In this document: in pieces, positions 55,828-64,000 of the stretch
How the letters are laid out: each line of letters begins with the position of its first letter
Position numbering within the stretch: the first letter of the stretch is position 1
From: Eledone cirrhosa
Lineage: Eukaryota
Direction of reading: 5' to 3'
Assembly (NCBI GenBank): GCA_964016885.1
Contig: OZ024743.1
Location: 136,028,001 to 136,092,000, forward strand
DNA: 64,000 bases
Made by a program: the position numbers and the translations under genes
Notes under the pieces: model-generated
What the model was told of the DNA's origin: nothing
The model's input: only the letters and a program-made list of their open reading frames with translations
Database searches by the model: none

Positions 55828-58800
55828 CACCAAGCACCAAACACCAAACACCAAGCACCAATCACCAAACACCAAGCACCAAGCGCCAAGCACCAGACAC
55901 CAAGCACCAAGCACCAAACACCAAACACCAAGCACCAAGCACTAAACACCAAACACCAAGCACCAAGCACCAAGCACCAAGCACCAAGCACCAAACACCA
56001 AGCACCAAGCACCAAGCACCAAGCACCAAGCACCAAACACCAAGCACCAAGCACCAAACAGCAAACACCAAGCACCAAACACCAAACACCAAGCACCAAG
56101 CACCAAACACCAAACACCAAACACCAAGCACCAAGCCCCAAGCACCAAACACCAAGCACCAAGCACCAAACACCAAGCACGAAGCAGCAAGCACCATGCA
56201 CCAAACACCAAGCACCAAGCACCAAACGGCAAACACCAAACAGCAAACACCAAACACCAAACACCAACCAGCAAACACCAAACACCAAACAGCAAACAGC
56301 AAACACCAAACAGCAAACACCAAACAGCAAACACCAAACACCAAACACCAAACAGCAAACGCCAAAAACCAAACGCCAAACCCCGTACGCCAAACAGCAA
56401 ATGCCAAACCCCAAACGCCAAACAGCAAACGCCAAGCACCGAACACCAAACACCAAGCGCCAAGCACCAAACACCAAACACCAAGCACCAAGCACCAAAC
56501 ACCAAACACCAAGCACCAATCACCAAACACCAAGCACCAAGCGCCAAGCACCAAACACCAAACACCTAGCACCAAGCACCAAGCACCAAACACCAAGTAC
56601 CAAACACCAATCACCAAGCCCCAAGCACCAAACACCAAGCACCAAGCACCAAACACCAAACACCAAGCACCAAGCACCCAGAACCAAGCACCAAGCACCA
56701 AACACCAAGCACCAAGCACCGAGCACCAAACACCAAGAACCAAGCACCAAGCACTAAACACCAAACACCAAGCACCAAGCACCAAACACCAAACACCAAG
56801 CACCAAACACCAAACAGCAAACGCCAAAAAGCAAACGCCAAACCCCATATGCCAAACAGCAAATGCCAAACTCCAAACGCCAAACAGCAAACGCCAGGCA
56901 CCAAACACCAAACACCAAGCGCCAAGCACCAAACACCAAACACCAAGCACCAAGCACCAAACACCAAACACCAAGCACCAATCACCAAACACCAAGCACC
57001 AAGCGCCAAGCACCAAACACCAAACACCTAGCACCAAGCACCAAGCACCAAACACCAAGCACCAAGCACCAAACACCAAACACCAAGCACCAAGCACCAA
57101 GGACCAAGCACCAAACACCATGCACCAAGCACCGAGCACCAAACACCAAGAACCAAGCACCAAGCACTAAACACCAAACACCAAGCACCAAGCACCAAAC
57201 ACCAAACACCAAGCACCAGGTACAAAACTCCAAACACCAAACACCAAGCACCAAGCACCAAATCCCAAGCACCAAACACCAAGCACCAATCACCAAACAC
57301 CAAACACCAAGCACCAAGCACCAAACTCCAAAAACCAAGCACCAAGCACCAAGCACCAAACACCAAACGCCAAACACCAAACACCAAGTACCAAGCACCA
57401 AACACCAAGCACCAAGCGCCAAAGACCAAACACCAAGCACCAAGCACGAAACACCAAGCACCAAGCACCGAGCACCAAACACCAAGTACCAAGCACCAAT
57501 CACCAAACACCAAGCACCAAGCACCAAACACCAAACACCAAGCACCAAGCACCAAGCATCAAGCACCAAGCACCAAACACCAACCACCAAGCACCAAACA
57601 CCAAACACAAAACAACAAGTACCAAGCACCAAACACCAAACACCAAACACCAAACACCAAGCACCAAGCACAAGACACCAAGCACCAAGCACCAAGCACC
57701 AAGCACCAAAAACCAAGCACCAAGCTCCAAGCACCAAACACCAAGCACCAAACACCAAACACCAAGCACCAAGCACCAAACACCAAGCACCAAGCGCCAA
57801 ACACCAAACACCAAGCACCAAGCACCAAACACCAAGCAGCAACCACCAAGCACCAAACACCAAGCACCAAGCACCAAGCACCAAGCACCAAGCACCAAAC
57901 ACCAAGCACCAAGCACCAAACAGCAAACACCAAGCACCAAACACCAAACACCAAGCACCAAGCAACAAACACCAAACACCAAGCACCAAACACCAAGCAC
58001 CAAGCCCCAAGCACGAAACACCAAGCACCAAGCACGAAACACCAAGCACCAAGCACCAAGCACCATGCACCAAACACCAAGCACCAAGCACCAAACAGCA
58101 AACACCAAACAGCAAACACCAAACAGCAAACACCAAACACCAAACACCAAACAGCAAACACCAAACAGCAAACGCCAAAAAGCAAACGCCAAACTCCAAA
58201 CGCCAAACAGCAAATGCCAAACCCAAACGCCAAACAGCAAACGCCAAGCACAAAACACCAAACACCAAGCGCCAAGCACCAAACACCAAACACCAAGCAC
58301 CAAGCACCAAACACCAAACACCAAGCACCAAGTACCAAACACCAAACACCAAGCACCAAACACCAAACAGCAAACGCAAAAAAGCAAACGCCAAACCCCA
58401 TACGCCAAACAGCAAATGCCAAACCCCAAATGCCAAACGGCAAACGCCAAGCACCAAACACCAAACACCAAGCGCCAAGCACCAAACACCAAACACCAAG
58501 CACCAAGCACCAAACACCAAACACCAAGCACCAATCACCAAACACCAAACACCAAGCGCCAAACACCAAACACCAAACACCTATCACCAAGCACCAAGCA
58601 CCAAGCACCAAACACCAAACTCCAAGCACCAAGCCCCAAGCACCAAACACCAAGCACCAAGCACCAAACACCAAGCACGAAGCACCAAGCACCATGCACC
58701 AAATACCAAGCACCAAGCACCAAACAGCAAACACCAAACAGCAAACACCAAACACCAAACACCAACCAGCGAACACCAAACACCAAACACCAAACAGCAA

Positions 58801-61800
58801 ACACCAAACAGCAAACACCAAACAGCAAACACCAAACACCAAACACCAAACAGCAAACGCCAAAAAGCAAACGCCAAACCCCATACGCCAAACAGCAAAT
58901 GCCAAACCCCAAACGCCAAACAGCAAACGCCAAGCACCGAACACCAAACACCAAGCGCCAAGCACCAAACACCAAACACCAAGCACCAAGCACCAAACAC
59001 CAAACACCAAGCACCAATCACCAAACACCAAGCACCAAGCGCCAAGCACCAAACACCAAACACCTAGCACCAAGCACCAAGCACCAAACACCAAGTACCA
59101 AACACCAATCACCAAGCCCCAAGCACCAAACACCAAGCACCAAGCACCAAACACCAAACACCAAGCACCAAGCACCCAGAACCAAGCACCAAGCACCAAA
59201 CACCAAGCACCAAGCACCGAGCACCAAACACCAAGAACCAAGCACCAAGCACTAAACACCAAACACCAAGCACCAAGCACCAAACACCAAACACCAAGCA
59301 CCAAACACCAAACAGCAAACGCCAAAAAGCAAACGCCAAACCCCATATGCCAAACAGCAAATGCCAAACTCCAAACGCCAAACAGCAAACGCCAGGCACC
59401 AAACACCAAACACCAAGCGCCAAGCACCAAACACCAAACACCAAGCACCAAGCACCAAGCACCAAACACCAAACACCAAGCACCAATCACCAAACACCAA
59501 GCACCAAGCGCCAAGCACCAAACACCAAACACCTAGCACCAAGCACCAAGCACCAAACACCAAGCACCAAACACCAATCACCAAGCCCCAAGCACCAAAC
59601 ACCAAGCACCAAGCACCAAACACCAAACACCAAGCACCAAGCACCAAGGACCAAGCACCAAACACCAAGCACCAAGCACCGAGCACCAAACACCAAGAAC
59701 CAAGCACCAAGCACTAAACACCAAACACCAAGCACCAAGCACCAAACACCAAACACCAAGCACCAAGTACAAAACTCCAAACACCAAACACCAAGCACCA
59801 AGCACCAAATCCCAAGCACCAAACACCAAGCACCAATCACCAAACACCAAACACCAAGCACCAAGCACCAAACTCCAAAAACCAAGCACCAAGCACCAAG
59901 CACCAAACACCAAACGCCAAACACCAATCACCAAGTACCAAGCACCAAACACCAAGCACCAAGCGCCAAAGACCAAACACCAAGCACCAAGCACGAAACA
60001 CCAAGCACCAAGCACCGAGCACCAAACACCAAGTACCAAGCACCAATCACCAAACACCAAGCACCAAGCACCAAACACCAAACACCAAGCACCAAGCACC
60101 AAGCATCAAGCACCAAGCACCAAACACCAAACACCAAGCACCAATCACCAAACACCAAGCACCAAGCGCCAAGCACCAGACACCAAGCACCAAGCACCAA
60201 ACACCAAACACCAAGCACCAAGCACTAAACACCAAACACCAAGCACCAAGCACCAAGCACCAAGCACCAAGCACCAAACACCAAGCACCAAGCACCAAGC
60301 ACCAAGCACCAAGCACCAAACACCAAGCACCAAGCACCAAACAGCAAACACCAAGCACCAAACACCAAACACCAAGCACCAAGCACCAAACACCAAACAC
60401 CAAACACCAAGCACCAAGCCCCAAGCACCAAACACCAAGCACCAAGCACCAAACACCAAGCACGAAGCAGCAAGCACCATGCACCAAACACCAAGCACCA
60501 AGCACCAAACGGCAAACACCAAACAGCAAACACCAAACACCAAACACCAACCAGCAAACACCAAACACCAAACAGCAAACAGCAAACACCAAACAGCAAA
60601 CACCAAACAGCAAACACCAAACACCAAACACCAAACAGCAAACGCCAAAAACCAAACGCCAAACCCCGTACGCCAAACAGCAAATGCCAAACCCCAAACG
60701 CCAAACAGCAAACGCCAAGCACCGAACACCAAACACCAAGCGCCAAGCACCAAACACCAAACACCAAGCACCAAGCACCAAACACCAAACACCAAGCACC
60801 AATCACCAAACACCAAGCACCAAGCGCCAAGCACCAAACACCAAACACCTAGCACCAAGCACCAAGCACCAAACACCAAGTACCAAACACCAATCACCAA
60901 GCCCCAAGCACCAAACAACAAGCACCAAGCACCAAACACCAAACACCAAGCACCAAGCACCCAGAACCAAGCACCAAGCACCAAACACCAAGCACCAAGC
61001 ACCGAGCACCAAACACCAAGAACCAAGCACCAAGCACTAAACACCAAACACCAAGCACCAAGCACCAAACACCAAACACCAAGCACCAAACACCAAACAG
61101 CAAACGCCAAAAAGCAAACGCCAAACCCCATATGCCAAACAGCAAATGCCAAACTCCAAACGCCAAACAGCAAACGCCAGGCACCAAACACCAAACACCA
61201 AGCGCCAAGCACCAAACACCAAACACCAAGCACCAAGCACCAAACACCAAACACCAAGCACCAATCACCAAACACCAAGCACCAAGCGCCAAGCACCAAA
61301 CACCAAACACCTAGCACCAAGCACCAAGCACCAAACACCAAGCACCAAGCACCAAACACCAAACACCAAGCACCAAGCACCAAGGACCAAGCACCAAACA
61401 CCATGCACCAAGCACCGAGCACCAAACACCAAGAACCAAGCACCAAGCACTAAACACCAAACACCAAGCACCAAGCACCAAACACCAAACACCAAGCACC
61501 AGGTACAAAACTCCAAACACCAAACACCAAGCACCAAGCACCAAATCCCAAGCACCAAACACCAAGCACCAATCACCAAACACCAAACACCAAGCACCAA
61601 GCACCAAACTCCAAAAACCAAGCACCAAGCACCAAGCACCAAACACCAAACGCCAAACACCAAACACCAAGGACCAAGCACCAAACACCAAGCACCAAGC
61701 GCCAAAGACCAAACACCAAGCACCAAGCACGAAACACCAAGCACCAAGCACCGAGCACCAAACACCAAGTACCAAGCACCAATCACCAAACACCAAGCAC

Positions 61801-64000
61801 CAAGCACCAAACACCAAACACCAAGCACCAAGCACCAAGCATCAAGCACCAAGCACCAAACACCAACCACCAAGCACCAAACACCAAACACAAAACAACA
61901 AGTACCAAGCACCAAACACCAAACACCAAACACCAAACACCAAGCACCAAGCACAAGACACCAAGCACCAAGCACCAAGCACCAAGCACCAAAAACCAAG
62001 CACCAAGCTCCAAGCACCAAACACCAAGCACCAAACACCAAACACCAAGCACCAAGCACCAAACACCAAGCACCAAGCGCCAAACACCAAACACCAAGCA
62101 CCAAGCACCAAACACCAAGCAGCAACCACCAAGCACCAAACACCAAGCACCAAGCACCAAGCACCAAGCACCAAGCACCAAACACCAAGCACCAAGCACC
62201 AAACAGCAAACACCAAGCACCAAACACCAAACACCAAGCACCAAGCAACAAACACCAAACACCAAGCACCAAACACCAAGCACCAAGCCCCAAGCACGAA
62301 ACACCAAGCACCAAGCACGAAACACCAAGCACCAAGCACCAAGCACCATGCACCAAACACCAAGCACCAAGCACCAAACAGCAAACACCAAACAGCAAAC
62401 ACCAAACAGCAAACACCAAACACCAAACACCAAACAGCAAACACCAAACAGCAAACGCCAAAAAGCAAACGCCAAACTCCAAACGCCAAACAGCAAATGC
62501 CAAACCCAAACGCCAAACAGCAAACGCCAAGCACAAAACACCAAACACCAAGCGCCAAGCACCAAACACCAAACACCAAGCACCAAGCACCAAACACCAA
62601 ACACCAAGCACCAAGTACCAAACACCAAACACCAAGCACCAAACACCAAACAGCAAACGCAAAAAAGCAAACGCCAAACCCCATACGCCAAACAGCAAAT
62701 GCCAAACCCCAAATGCCAAACGGCAAACGCCAAGCACCAAACACCAAACACCAAGCGCCAAGCACCAAACACCAAACACCAAGCACCAAGCACCAAACAC
62801 CAAACACCAAGCACCAATCACCAAACACCAAACACCAAGCGCCAAACACCAAACACCAAACACCTATCACCAAGCACCAAGCACCAAGCACCAAACACCA
62901 AACACCAAGCACCAAGCCCCAAGCACCAAACACCAAGCACCAAGCACCAAACACCAAGCACGAAGCACCAAGCACCATGCACCAAACACCAAGCACCAAG
63001 CACCAAACAGCAAACACCAAACAGCAAACACCAAACACCAAACACCAACCAGCGAACACCAAACACCAAACACCAAACAGCAAACACCAAACAGCAAACA
63101 CCAAACAGCAAACACCAAACACCAAACACCAAACAGCAAACGCCAAAAAGCAAATGCCAAACCCCATACGCCAAACAGCAAATGCCAAACCCCAAACGCC
63201 AAACAGCAAACAGCAAACGCCAAGCACCGAACACCAAACACCAAGCGCCAAGCACCAAACACCAAACACCAAGCACCAAGCACCAAACACCAAACACCAA
63301 GCACCAATCACCAAACACCAAGCACCAAGCGCCAAGCACCAAACACCAAACACCTAGCACCAAGCACCAAGCACCAAGCACCAAACACCAAGTACCAAAC
63401 ACCAATCACCAAGCCCCAAGCACCAAACACCAAGCACCAAGCACCAAACACCAAACACCAAGCACCAAGCACCCAGAACCAAGCACCAAGCACCAAACAC
63501 CAAGCACCAAGCACCGAGCACCAAACACCAAGAACCAAGCACCAAGCACTAAACACCAAACACCAAGCACCAAGCACCAAACACCAAACACCAAGCACCA
63601 AACACCAAACAGCAAACGCCAAAAAGCAAACGCCAAACCCCATATGCCAAACAGCAAATGCCAAACTCCAAACGCCAAACAGCAAACGCCAGGCACCAAA
63701 CACCAAACACCAAGCGCCAAGCACCAAACACCAAACACCAAGCACCAAGCACCAAACACCAAACACCAAGCACCAATCACCAAACACCAAGCACCAAGCG
63801 CCAAGCACCAAACACCAAACACCTAGCACCAAGCACCAAGCACCAAACACCAAGCACCAAACACCAATCACCAAGCCCCAAGCACCAAACACCAAGCACC
63901 AAGCACCAAACACCAAACACCAAGCACCAAGCACCAAGGACCAAGCACCAAACACCGAGCACCAAGCACCGAGCACCAAACACCAAGAACCAAGCACCAA
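55828..64000 (+). repeat. Near-perfect tandem duplication, period 4283 bp (about 55828-60110 and 60111 to beyond the window); start of the unit also matches about 50300-51900 at -5536
   Basis: CCCCGTA 56381/60664, CACCAGGTACAAAA 57214/61497 and CCCAAA 58222/62505. ORFs 55862/60145 and 56982/61265 share the offset. ORFs 50326/55862 have offset 5536. Confidence 0.93.

Larger units (their letters stand above)
1..64000 (+). repeat. Heptamer satellite array (CACCAAG/CACCAAA)n, about 9,100 monomers, single orientation, running off both window edges
   Basis: Every line parses into 7-mers CACCAAR or 1-2 base variants of it. The + strand is nearly all A and C with little G and very little T. I saw no inversion and no non-repeat insert. 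Confidence 0.99.

Noticed and set aside
210-63870. Numerous CCAATCA motifs as CCAAT-box promoters
   Set aside because: They arise from a single substitution (CACCAAT followed by CACC), match the NF-Y upstream consensus only partly, and have no gene nearby.
1-64000. Hundreds of minus-strand Trp/Cys/Leu/Val-rich ORFs resembling membrane proteins
   Set aside because: They overlap in all three frames with the same heptad, most starts are GTG/TTG triplets built into the monomer, and there is no unique domain. They are translation artefacts of the repeat.
1-64000. CRISPR-like repeat-spacer array or information-storage cassette system
   Set aside because: There are no unique spacers and no cas or recombinase genes. 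All variable segments are point variants of the same heptamer and are explained by duplication.
1-64000. Canonical telomerase-made telomere tract
   Set aside because: The motif is not TTAGGG, TTTAGGG or TTAGG, and rare variants are inherited in multi-kb blocks. It is kept only as a possible telomere-derived array.
1-64000. Cyanobacterial STRR-type or other bacterial intergenic heptamer repeats
   Set aside because: Those are short arrays between genes. No genes occur here and the monomer differs, so a prokaryotic origin is unsupported, although it cannot be formally excluded without flanking sequence.
1-64000. Synthetic sequence or pure sequencing artefact
   Set aside because: Hierarchical duplications with shared and private variants look like natural satellite evolution, although read-level confirmation is still needed.

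Overview
The whole 64 kb window is one uninterrupted, single-orientation tandem array of a 7-bp monomer, consensus CACCAA(G/A) (minus strand (C/T)TTGGTG), about 9,100 units. I see no unique sequence, gene, RNA gene, transposon or CRISPR array. All ORFs in the track are artefacts of a stop-free heptamer, which reads as (S/N)TKHQ(A/T)P on + and W-C-L-V-(L/F)-G-(A/V) on -. The array has internal structure. Single-base variant monomers (CAGCAAA, CACCAAT, CGCCAAA, CATCAAA, TAGCAAA, GGGCAAA, CCCCATA, etc.) form recognisable strings. These strings reveal nested tandem duplications with periods of about 186 bp and 1.0, 1.5, 2.9, 3.7, 4.3, 4.5-4.7 and 11 kb, a left-to-right turnover of variant families, and strict maintenance of the 7-bp register. 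It is best read as a complex heptamer satellite with higher-order repeats, possibly centromeric, pericentromeric or subtelomeric. Organism and function cannot be determined from this window. Duplication boundaries are approximate, because they were judged by eye from marker monomers and ORF-track offsets.
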